From: Ostrea edulis
Taxonomy: Eukaryota
Assembly: GCF_947568905.1 (NCBI RefSeq)
Contig: NC_079172.1
Span: 43,214,001-43,278,000, forward strand
Direction: 5' to 3'
Length of the DNA stretch: 64,000 nucleotides
Below the pieces are notes generated by a model. The model saw only the letters and a program-made list of their open reading frames with translations, ran no database searches and was not told where the DNA came from. The translations under genes and the position numbers were made by a program. Position 1 is the first letter of the stretch. Each line of letters starts with the position of its first letter. Positions 25,708-37,662 of the stretch are shown piece by piece.

Positions 25708-28127
25708 TTATTCACATCGTCCGTTGAATTCCGTACATCTACTGTTGGATTTCCGGATATTTCCCATTTCCTCCATTTTGATGACGTTGCTGTTAAGGAA
25801 TTCAAATAAGGACTGCAGATACTGGAGTTGATGTGGTGCTACAATCGTTTATAAAATCATAAGTACAGTTATACATGTAAATGTACGGAAGCATATCAAT
25901 GTCATAAACTAAAAATAGATACTGTTGCGGCCCTAATATGCTTCCGTAGTATTATGCACACTGATCTACCAAAATTTTTCTATACCAAGATTTCACAAGA
26001 ACATCTTACATTAGACTCACTGATGTTTTCCACGATTTAGTGTAAAGTTTTGATCATTTATGTCGAAGTTTTAGTGTAAAGTTATCGTTTAAATGACTTG
26101 TGCGTTTCCCATGATTGGGTCCATCGTTAGAAATAAATTGCAATTTTTTTTCCAAATACATACCAAGATACTTAGACATAAAGTTTGTGATGTCAGCTGT
26201 ATTTCCGGTGCTCATGTGGTTCTCTACTTCCTCGAGGTGAAACATGACCGACTTGACGTAGTCAGTGTACACTTGAAGGATGGTAGTAATGGCAGGGGTG
26301 GCGTCTGTAGTCAGGTAGGTAGGAAGGAACTTCCTCACCCAGGCCTCTGTCTCCGTTAGGGGGTTGGCAACAGGAAACCTATTCAAGATAACATTTTCCA
26401 TTAGAATTCTATATACATTCAGAATTATAAAGGCGTTCTTTTTCTTGCGAATCCGACATTTGGCAATAAGGAGAAATTGCAAAAAGGGACAAATGTAAAA
26501 ATCATTTTTTATGCTTACGTTTCTTGAAAATGGCTAGCAATTCCATGGTGGAATTGCCATAGATGATTCATGCTGGGACATTTAAAGAGAAAGTGATTGT
26601 CTGTCAAAAGTTGATTTAGTTTCCCATCGAACACGCTTGGGGACCATTTATTCTCCTCAGCCATGCTCATGAGCATCTTCATTTTCCCAAGGAATTCCTC
26701 GATATCTGAAACATTGCAAAAAAAAAAAAAAAGACTGTTTAGACGATCTCTAATTGATTTGAATATATATCTATTTAGTTGAGAAGATTTGAGGGGATAT
26801 AGAAATACCTTGCAATTGGAAATGACCAAGGTGATCAATGACCTGTCCGTATGTGTATGACTGCGCTGCCGAAAGAATTCGCTGGGCGACGTTATTCACA
26901 TTGGCTGTGTCCATTATCCAGCTCTCTAGAATCTTCCTCACGCGCATGTTCATATTCTGCTCATTGGTCATTTCAGGCGATTTCTGCTTCAAAACATCTA
27001 AATAGAAAATTAATGTATATGTTAATGTATATGATGTAGATTTGATCGATACCTAGTATATTAGAATTGCCATATTTCATCGATAAAACTAATTGGGGAG
27101 ATTTAAAACTCCATTGTAATTTTAATGATATAACTTATATGAACTTTCATGGAAGAAATTCTGGACTTAAAATTAGCCAAAGGTTAGTGTGTAAAAGTTA
27201 TTAGAAAATATGAACTGCTTACCCTTACAGTGGTAAATATGAACATCGGACAGATATTTTCTAAAACACTTTAAGATAGTGTATTGGAATCAGAAACGTT
27301 AGCAAATACTTTTGATCCCCCACGAAACGGACGCGAATTTTAGAAAATGTTTATGCGAGTACCATGCATTAAATCAGTTAATAGAGAATATTTGTGTTAG
27401 TAATCAAGTTCACTTTTACCATACTTACAGAAAACTATTTGGTTGAGTTTTGTAGTTGCGCACTGGAAATGGGCATTCAATAGTTCCCCCGCAATGTTGC
27501 CTAAAGCCCGTTCTCTGAACATCACTTGGTCACTTCTGTACCATGCGCTCAATTTTTCCACAATATCATGTTGTGTTAAAGGCATCTCCACTGAGAATTC
27601 AAACGATATTGATATAAAAACCATTCAAGCTTTTGCATGCTTATTTTTTATTAAATGTTTTGGCCTTACATGTGTATGGTCCAACTGGGAAACTGACGAA
27701 GTGTGGCCTCAGAAGCTTGCCCAACATTCTGGCGCCGGGGACAGGGAATTCTGGCGTAGACTCGCTCCTTGGTTCGATACGGCTCATCGAGTACTCTGGC
27801 ATATCCACATAATCTACCTGCCGCCGTAAGCTTCCTACGAGTCTCTCGAGTTGTCCGACAATGACACGTAGCTCATCATCAGAACCAATAGGCTTCGAGA
27901 GTGAACCTGAACGAAAATAGAATAGTTCATATAAACACAAGTCTTCTGTTAAATTTCACTATGGTGACAATACGTTCACAACATTCCGTGCGTGTTCGAA
28001 TGGTTTAACCCCTTTAGATATAAAGCTCGGAAATACTCAATACATTTGAAATAGTGGAAATATAGTAACGAAATATCTTACCGTGAAATACTACGAACAA
28101 AACCACGAGGACTTTCAAGAACTCCAT
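25708..28127 (-). CDS. Uncharacterised secreted protein, 7 exons, 388 aa (copy A)
   Basis: Exons (-): 28127-28082, 27906-27670, 27590-27429, 26997-26809, 26705-26519, 26378-26164, 25838-25708 (1167 nt, GT-AG, phases consistent). N-terminus MEFLKVLVVLFVVFHGSLS-KP is a signal-peptide pattern. TATAAAA upstream, AATAAA at 25678-25673. Confidence 0.88.
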
Positions 28128-28195
28128 GCTTCGCTTGTTTGGTGTGACTTCTATCACCTGTTGTCTCCTAATACTCGCACTCACTCGCTCACTCC

Positions 28196-28202
28196 TTTTA
28201 TA
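28196..28202 (-). promoter_or_regulatory. TATA box of the secreted-protein gene (copy A)
   Basis: TATAAAA ~70 nt upstream of the ATG at 28127; conserved in copy B at 50297-50303. Confidence 0.7.
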
Positions 28203-28608
28203 TCCACCCGGCGTCGCGCTGTATAACAATGGACCGTTAAAATTTGATGACACGCGCAATTTTGGTTTAGGAGGGATTTCAAGGATGTAATTCGTAATTA
28301 GATTTAGCTATTTCATTATCCCCACTCCGTATATTGTAGAAATGAATCTTTAGAGTGTGTATATTAAAAAGATTTTTACTACTAAAGAAAATGCACTTAT
28401 GCGCATACTTATATATTGGAAGGAAAATGAAAAAATACATAATTGCAATATCCTTGCATAGGCCTCTTCTAGATGTTAAATTAGGAATTTCGTCACGTTT
28501 ATCCCGTGAGTGTGTCACGGGTGTATCTTGATTTCATGTAGTTTATTGTCATTTATTTATTTGTAAATTATAAATTTCCTTATTAGCAATAGTGCAATAT
28601 GGTATTAG

Positions 28609-28662
<54 letters not shown>

Positions 28663-29345
28663 ATCATATCTTTACATGATCATACAATGTACACATGCAT
28701 CCTCTCCCAAGGACTTAAATGCCACTTTACCGTGAACATAATATCATTACGTTAGCAGGGGTGGATCTAAGAATTGCGATAAAGGGGGCGTAACTTTTTT
28801 AGGCAGGGGGTCTGGGGGCGGCCTTTCGCCCCCCCCCCCACCCACCCCCCACCCCCACCCCCGTTTCAGGGCTATGAATAGGTCTCCTATGCAGGCATTA
28901 TTATTTTCTGTCATTTTTGGTAAGGTGAAATTAATAAGATGACGCAACTTTTAAGGGTTTTTGGGAAAAGTGTAAGTTCTCCCAGTAAAAATAATTCAAT
29001 ATATAAAAAAAGATTTTTTTCATTTATTTCTCCAAGAGTGGAAGAATTAATTGCTTCTTCTATCGTAAGTCATTACAATTATTTCTTAGAAAAATTCCTT
29101 AACTGGCAGTTAATTACAATCAGAAATAGTTAATTTTCTATCTATTCCTTATAAGACTATGAGTGGCGCAAAGGGCAAAAACATCACATAAGAGAAAATA
29201 AAAAAGTTCAATTTCAATGACAATTACATGCTTAATCAACTGACGTTTTTGCAAAACAAATATACATGAAAGCCACATTAACGGTCTGGTATGTGACAAA
29301 CAGACGTAACTGCAAAATAAACGGTTATCGAACAATATGCATTAA

Positions 29346-30531
29346 AAGAGGCCCATGGGCCATATCGCTCACCTGAGCTATATTGGCCCTGTCATTGTTC
29401 AAGGTCTCAAGGTCAAACACCAAAGTATAACAATGTCTTACCATAAAGAATCTATATATACAAAGTATGAAAGCCCTACCTAAAATAGTTCTGGATATAT
29501 TTAATAGGTTATGTTTTCTAAAAAGTAGGTCAACTCAGAGTTCAAAGCCACAAGATCAAAGGGCATGATATGGAATGAAAGGTCTTACTATAAGACATTG
29601 ATATAAAAGATATGAAAGATATACCTTTAATAGTTCAGGACATATTGAATTGGTCACAATTTTATTAAAAGTAGGTCAAACGTCCAGGTCGAGGTCACAA
29701 GATCGCACACTGTAAAATCACATGATAGGTCCTTCCATAACGAATGTATAAACAAAATATGAAAGCCCTAGCTTAAATAGTTCAAGATAAAATTTATAAA
29801 GATTTTTCCTACATACAAACTTTGATCACCTATTGTGGCCCCATCCTAACCACGAGGACCATGATTTGAACAAACTTCAATCTACTCTATGTCAGGAAGA
29901 TTTTATGTGAATTTCCAATTTTCTGACCCAGCGGTTCTTGAGAAGAAGGTTGTTTTAAAAAAATCTCAATGTATCTTAAATATAAAATTTTGATCCCCTA
30001 TTGTGGCCCCACCCTACCCACGGGGATCATGATTTGAACTCGAATTTGCAATATATCATTGAGCTCTCATGTAAATTTCCATTTTTTCCCCTGGCCCGGT
30101 GATTCTTGAGAAGATTTTAAAAGATTTTTCCTATATATTTGCATGTAAAACTTTATTCTCTCTTGTGGCCCCACCATACCACCGGAGGCCATGATTTGAG
30201 CAAACTTGAATCTGCACAATATCAGGAAGCTTTCATGTAAATTTCAACTTTACTGGCCCGATGCTTCTTGAAAAGATTTTTAAATGACCCTACCCAAGTT
30301 TGCATTTTCGTATTTATCTCCCCTTTTAAGGGGGCGGCTCTTCATTTGAACAAACTCAAAGCGCTTTACCCAAGAATGCTTTGTGCCAAGTTTAATTGAA
30401 ATTGGCCAAGCGGTTCTGGAGAATAAGTCGAAAATGTAAACAGTTTACGGACAGACAGGGGACAGACAGACGGACGCCGGACGAAAAGTGATCGAAAAAG
30501 TTCACTTGAGCTTTCAGCTTGGGTGAGCTAA
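29346..30531 (+). mobile_element. Helentron-associated non-autonomous element (HINE-like) with internal tandem subrepeats
   Basis: Starts AAGAGGCCCATGGGCCATATCGCTCACCTGAG; internal TTGTGGCCCC...CCATGATTTGAAC repeats; GACA microsatellite; ends CACTTGAGCTTTCAGCTTGGGTGAGCTAA. Family recognised from memory of oyster repeats. Confidence 0.7.
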
Positions 30532-31352
30532 CAAGACAAACCACTCAATACACAGCAAATGATTTTATATGCACAACAAACAGTGTTATTTTGCAAATGA
30601 CAATAAAATCGAGATAAATGGTTTCTCGCCATATATATACATACATTGAAATGAAGATTCATAAACGCGTGATGAACAGACAATGGATGAGTAAACAGTC
30701 ATCGGGTGGCGCCCGTGAATTTTTACCTCGCAGATTTTTGTGAAATAGGTAAACATACATAATAACAAAGAATGATATTTTGTACATTTTCGGAAATAAA
30801 GAACAAAAATGGCCCTAAAAGAGATCCCTGAGGAATACCTGAATGTGTAGATCTTGGAGAAGATGTAAATCCATCTAGGACCACTCAATGTGACCTGTTG
30901 GTTAAATAGCTTTCTACCCATTTCATTATTTGTTTTGACATACCATAGATTTGTATCTTATAAACGAGATACCTATGTGTCAGATTCTATCAAAGGCTTT
31001 TGCAATGTCACAAAATATAAACTTTACATCTTTGTCAAGATTTGGAATAATTGTATTATAAATTTCAATACGTTGATTTGTTCTTGAATCATCTTGTTGG
31101 AACCCAGACTAATATTTATAAATAATATCATGATCCAAAACATAGTTATTTAAGGAATATTCAATTATGATTTTTTTTCGAGTATTTTGTACGGAGCTCA
31201 TACCTGTAGCATAGGTCTAAATTTGTGGTATTTTACCTTCAGCTGGTGACGTCTCAATATGAGTGAGAAAAAATCTCAAGAGACATAAAACGAAACATAA
31301 TTGACTACTAAATACATGTTACTTTCATAAAGGATAATTTTACCAGTCTTAA

Positions 31353-31693
31353 GGTCACCCACTACACTAAAGCTTATACTCGTTATGACACTACGTCACA
31401 AGAAGGCGATTTAAATGTTTTGTGAAATTATTTGTATCGATTGATTTGTTTGTCCATCATCGTAGCTCAGTGGTTAAAGCATTGGGTTGGTGAATCGCAA
31501 ATCTCGAGTTCAAATCCGCAAGAGTCTTTTGTTCATATATGTTGAAATGAATTTTTTGAAAATCATGTTTTTATCCAAATTTGCGTATTTTCTGCCTTTT
31601 TGGCATATATACTTATTATATATCATCAAATCTTTTATGATTAAACCAATTCGTACTAATTTGATAAACTATTTCAAGGTGTAGTGAGCCACC
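31353..31693. mobile_element. 341-bp TTAA-flanked MITE containing a tRNA-like (SINE-head) segment
   Basis: TTAA at 31349-31352 and 31694-31697. Imperfect TIR (cleaner in copy B: GGTAGCTCACTACAC vs GGTGGCTCACTACAC). Internal TAGCTCAGTGG (A box) and GAGTTCAAATCC (B box). Confidence 0.7.
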
Positions 31694-32671
31694 TTAAATG
31701 TAACAACACGATGATTATGAAAAAAGAAAAAGTAAGCAAGCTCACATGCCCCAAAATTGCTTGGGAATGTCTCACATAATGAATGGTAATGCTATGCATT
31801 ACTGCAAGAACGTGCTAGACGACCTCGAAATAATAAGTTTAAAAGGGGCATAACTCCAAAAAAAATATTGAATCAGAATTTTCAGGAAATATGCACAACT
31901 ACACAATGTGTCCTTATTAACGACAAAGTTTCACGAAATTCTGTCGAGTGGTCTTAGAGAATTTCGAGTCCGTCTGTCCTGTTCTTGTCAACGTTGTATT
32001 GACAAGAACAGGACAGACGGGCTCGAAATTCTAAGTTCGAAAGGGGTATGACTTATGGTTATGGTTATTTCCATATATGGGGAGCGGAGTGAACTAAAAA
32101 CCCTTGGCCAGCGAAGATGGTAAAAGCGAGTAATGAAAACCAAAATCCTATTTCACAGAAGACTACACAAAAAGTTTTAAATCAACATTTCAAATTATGA
32201 CAACGAAAGAGAACAACTTGTAAACGAAGTGAAACAAAGTTTGACCATAGGCGCTTGGGTCACGAATAATGTAAATTTAAAAGTTTTGTTTTAGTATACG
32301 GTAGGTGAAATTAACTTTCAAACGTTTATGAAATTAAATTTTTACAGCATACCAGTATATAATAAGCAAAATAGATTACAGAAAATAAAAACCCAAATCA
32401 TGGAAGTTGAAAAAAAAATGTTACAACCATAGTTCAAATTTGTTCGATAGCTCTATTTTTTTTTTTTTTTTTTTTTTATTTTTACATTATCCATGACCCG
32501 AGCGCCTATGACTTTGACTGACGGACAAATAGACGTATAGACATAGAAAATGGCGCTTCACACTCCCCCTTCCAATCTACCGGTAGGGGCACTCGAATAC
32601 CATGATAAAGTTCTGTCAAGTCGTTTGATGTTAAACTTCAAAAACATATCTGGCACCACAAACATTTATAT

Positions 32672-33244
32672 CTATTTCAAATAGATGGATTTCCTAACAC
32701 TACTGTTAATCGCCTCCAATGCGAAAGAACTCCATTCTAAACACGGAACATTGGAAATGTCGAACGACGCCCCGATACCAAAACAGAGGAACAGCAATCC
32801 TCTTCCTTTCGATTTCTTCTGGTGACCAGGATAACTCTCCATCAGCTCTTTGGCAGCTTTTATAGAAAAGGTTTGAAATTTGAAAGAAGGCTTAGTAATC
32901 TTGAATGATTTCTTTGTCACTGGGTTTGAGATTCCTAGGTATTGCATCACAATTTTCTGGGACGAAATTTCAATTTTCATGCACATATCTGGAAAAAATT
33001 ACAAAATAAAGCTCAACAGTAGTATACGGACAAATAGTTCTTTTCAAAATTTCTTTTTATGAATTAATATGCAATTATCGTTTTAATCTTTATATGACTA
33101 CACAAGTAGTAGTATAAAAAAATATATCACAAAGCCGATAGAGTATACTCGACTAGTTTCTTCAATAATTTTTTCAGGAGTATATAAAAACATTCATAAT
33201 ACGTTTGATACTTTACTTCAACTTGGAATTCATTGCTTTGCATA

Positions 33245-33283
<39 letters not shown>

Positions 33284-36200
33284 CGTGTTTTTGGATTTTA
33301 TTCTATGGGGTAGAGAACATTATGAATAATGTATTTGAGTACTTATCATTCCGACAGTCTATATTTGAAAATAAAAGTCGAACTTTCATAATTCAAAGAT
33401 TCAAACATGTCATCTCCGTCTTCGATCCCGTGCATTAAGAAAAAGCGCTCGTCAGGGCTATCCAGGCTGAAGGCTGTATGTGGCTATGGAGATAATTATA
33501 GTTATTAAAGGGTTTTAAAAATCATACAGGTTGAATTATTGCTTAACAGATCGATCAGTTTTTCGTTAGACTAAAGCCATATTTGTACGACATTGAATAT
33601 CTTGTTTGATAATGGATGCCGTTACTTTAGTAAGGAGTAACTCGGGAAATTCGGTTGATTTTCTTTACTAGAGAAATGAGATTATTGAACAGAATTAATG
33701 CACATTCAATTTTATAATCACCTTGAGTATCACAGCGGCGGACTCTTCACCAAGCGTTGAAGAAATGTCGAAGAGTTGACCTTCATCCTCGAATATAAAA
33801 ACGCATCCAAAGTACGCCTGATACCGCCTCTTGGAATCCATTGCTTTGCACTTAAAAAACCGGACGCCAAATTTAACTACAACACAAAATCAATCCACAT
33901 AAAGAACACGCAAGACTAGATAAACTACAGAAGAACGATTAAGTTGTGAGAACTTCTCTCTGAATCTGTTGTACAATTTATAAAATACGTTCAAACCAAA
34001 TTACATGTGAATATCTATTAAATAGTGCAAAAGAGTAAGCTGGGCGTATTCCGGTACCGAGTTCTTATACTACGATGTTATTTTTGGACTGAAAGCGGCG
34101 TGGAGAACGAGCAGTGATCAATCTCATAAATCCCATAAAAATCAATTTAATGAAAAATTATCATAGTAACGATCTTGTAAAAAAGCTAGCAATAAGCCTA
34201 CATTCAAGCTGCAGACATATTTACATTACAAATTACATGTATAATCAAAGTACTGAAAGTATTTACATTACAAATTACATTTTAAAAAACCACTGAGAAG
34301 GTTTGGTTTCGTCAACTGGTGGATTATTCTGCCAAAACATTGATAAACGAGACTAGCACGTGACCTTGTAAATCAGTGTATAATATAGTAAACTAGCATG
34401 TAAAACTAGGATAAACTAGCCTAGCACGTGACCTTGTAAATCAGTGTATAATATAGTAAATTAGCATGTAAAGCTAGGATAAACTAGACTACCAGGTGAT
34501 CTTGTAAATCAGTGTATAATAGTAAATTAGCATGTAAAGCTAGGATAAAGTAGACTACCACGTGATCTTGTAAGTAAACTAGCATGTAAAGCTAGGATAA
34601 ACTAGACTACCACGTGATCTTGTAAATCAGTGTATAATAGTAAATTAGCATGTAAAGCTAGGATAAACTAGACTACCGGGTGATCTTGTAAGTCAGAGTA
34701 TAATATAGTAAATTAGCATGTAAAGCTAGGATAAACTAGACTACCACGTGATCTTGTAAATCAGTGTATAATAGTAAATTAGCATGTAAAGCTAAGATAA
34801 AGTAGACTACCACGTGATCTTGTAAATCAGTGTATAATAGTAAATTAGCATGTAAAGCTAAGATAAAGTAGACTACCACGTGATCTTGTAAATCAGTGTA
34901 TAATAGTAAATTAGCATGTAAAGCTAGAATAAACTAGACTATCAGGTGATCTTGTAAGTCAGAGTATGATATAGTAAACTAACATGTAAATCTAGGATAA
35001 ACTAGTCTACCACGTGTTCTTGTAAATCAGTGTATAATATAGTAAACTAGCATGTAAAGCTAGGATAAACTAGACTACCACGTGATCTTGTAAATCAGTG
35101 TATAATAGTAAATTAGCATGTAAATCTAGGATTAACTAGTCTACCACGTGTTCTTGTAAATCAGTGTATAATATAGTAAACTAGCATGTAAAGCTAGGAT
35201 AAACTAGACTACCACGTGATCTTGTAAATCAGTGTATAATATAGTAAATTAGCATGTAAAGCTAGGATAAACTAGACTACCACGTGATCTTGTAAATCAG
35301 TGTATAATAGTAAATTAGCATGTAAAGCTAGGATAAACTAGACTACCACGTGATCTTGTAAATCAGTGTATAATATAGTAAACTAGCATGTAAAGCTACT
35401 TAACGGGGTTTTACGCTAGAAATAAAATGGAATTCGGCTGTAGTGTTGAAGACACAATAAAACGAGTGGCTAGAGTTTAGAATCTACTAACGGTATAGTC
35501 TACTTTTATCCTGATGGAATCAGTGAGTGTGTTGATACATTGAGAGTCGATTGAACAGTCACCTGTTTCTGTGAATACATATGTAAGTTGTGACTTCTGT
35601 ATACTTATAATAACACAAGGTACTTAGCTTGAAATGACACTGAATGATACCCTCCTGAGAATGCCAGAGAAACTCTTCGAATTGTCCATTTTCGCGACCC
35701 TCGATATTTTCCCCACACAATATGGTCATCATGGTCAGTGTTCGGTCTTTTCTATTACTGAGTTTTACTTACACAAGCTCATCTCTCGTCTTTCTCTGAT
35801 AGGGTATCCATAAACACATGTTATGTTTCTATCCACACACAAGTACACCCCGGTCTCGCACGCCACGCGAATATGGAAGTTCCGAGGTTCGTATGTTGTC
35901 CAGGTCATGTCTTTGAACTTTCTAGGGGTCAGATCAATGTTTGACAAATCCTTCGTACAGTGGCATCTACTTGTCTCCCCTATAACGAGTTTGATCTCAA
36001 GTACATCAGTTCTATTTCCTTTGTTTAACCATCGCCACAACACCTATAATCACAAACAGTCAATTAACAGCAAAGGCTGTTCAATACCAAATGCTGATAA
36101 AAGGAATTAGAAACTGCAATCGATATTTGCATATATGATAATCACCTAAATGCTAGTACATATATACGTAGACACTTATTTACTTTTTTAGAAACGGTTC

Positions 36201-37270
36201 TACACTATAATGATCATGGTGGTCCTATTTTTGTGGCAATTTTAGACTGCAAATAAAAGCGTACGATAGCGAGCGGAGGAATGGTATTCTGGTCAAATTC
36301 TACAATTTAGATGTAATGGGTAAGATTTGGTCAATTATAGACGATTGTCATATCGATAATGAAAGCATTGTTATTGTTAACTGGTTTCCTAGCCAACAAG
36401 AAGGGATTCTATCAGGTTTACTTCATTGTGTGTTTATCAATGAATTAGTACATACATGTATGTGACCGGTCGACAGGGGGTGCTTATTCCTACTAGACAC
36501 CTGACCCCACCTCTGGTGTATCCAGGGGTCCGTTGTTATCCAACTCTCTATTATGTATTGTTTATAGGAGTTATGGGATTGATCAATGTTCGTTATCTTC
36601 ACCTTTCATGCTAGATATACAAAATCAACAAATCCAACATTAGCTGATATTGGTAAAGTAAAGTAGAGAAGACTAGTGTATTCTATTGTGGGTACAGCCG
36701 TTCATGGGTAGTGCAATCCTTTACAACACGTAACAGATTTTTGAGTTGGTTTTACTGGATATATTTCAATTCTCACTTACTACCGACACCCCTACTTCTG
36801 TCCTAATATTTTTCAGCAGTTGTCGGACGTGGCTACAACTGTAATCCTTGATGTTTTCGTCGTTGATCTGGACAATTCTATCGTAACGTCTGTTGGAGGG
36901 AATAAGGAAATATACTGAACGGTTAAAACACCAACAACAAGAAACTGTTAGACTGATCTCCTTCCCTGCTTTAAATTAACATACAAATGTGTAACTGAAA
37001 ATAACGTAAAGTACAAAGAAAAATACATTTTGTCGGTTTTACGTTTTGTACATCCCGGAAGTGAATTTGTACTAACTTGAGACTGTCCTTGACGGAGTCT
37101 GGTCCCACGTTTTCTATGTAGTGGTGGTATTCTCCAGTCTTTGAGGGATTTTCTGACGATTTTACTCTGCATATTTTTTGTCCGGAGATCACCATCTTTG
37201 ACGCTTTGATTTTTATTTTAGTTTGCTGTTGGGGCGACGGCGTTGATCCTTCACTTGAACTCGACGAACT
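32672..37270 (-). CDS. Leaderless PDZ-like + IL-1-like beta-trefoil protein (copy A), at least 6 coding exons
   Basis: Exons (-): 37270-37027, 36914-36781, 36043-35773, 33876-33722, 33483-33384, 32988-32672 (1221 nt open, GT-AG, phases consistent; first in-frame ATG 37195, true start may be upstream). PDZ-like: YIENVGPDS...YDRIVQIND...SHVRQLLKN...VSVVLWR. IL-1-like: DERFFLMHGIEDGDDMFESLNYENMCM vs IL-1beta [27 protein letters not shown]. Exon 5 donor (GTTCGA) is weak in this copy. Confidence 0.8.
34351..35398. repeat. Minisatellite, ~66-68 bp unit, ~16 copies, in intron 3 of the IL-1-like gene
   Basis: Unit ACTAGACTACCACGTGATCTTGTAAATCAGTGTATAAT(AT)AGTAAA(C/T)TAGCATGTAAAGCTAGGATAA; head-to-tail, no spacers. 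Confidence 0.95.
36461..36609 (+). mobile_element. Penelope-like element terminal-repeat fragment
   Basis: TGTGACCGGTCGACAGGGG...CTCTGGTGTATCCAGGGGTCCG...CGTTATCTTCACCTTTCAT; similar to the reverse complement of the 3' part of 52210-52625. Confidence 0.55.
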
Positions 37271-37662
37271 CTAATGAATTTAATAAAAATTATATATCGC
37301 TCGTCAAACGCTGGCATATCTTATGTAAGAGAAATAAAAACTAAAATCTTGTGAATTATCGACTTGCAAAAAGTATGACATACTGGTAACTTTCCTTAGG
37401 TTAACCTTCAAATAACACGCATTTTAGAAAACGGGGATGTTAACGTCGTCTGCCAGAAAAGCACCTCACAGGCCTTATGTGTAACCTGAGTAGTAGTTAA
37501 AAGTATCACTAGTCCCAAGTTTTTATGACGTAAAGGGCGAGGGGTACCGATTGGTATATTCGTATATAGGTGAAGTAATGAGGCCTCGACGGGGAGTTTG
37601 TCAACGAAATAAGTTTTTTGTTTCACGTCATTACTCGCCAGGTGGCGTTACTGTTCTAGGGG

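Noticed and set aside
31455-31525. Functional tRNA gene
   Set aside because: A and B boxes are present, but I could not build a full cloverleaf, the B box is mutated in copy B, and it lies inside a MITE.
34351-35398. CRISPR-like array
   Set aside because: Units are contiguous and near-identical with no unique spacers; eukaryotic intron; no cas genes.
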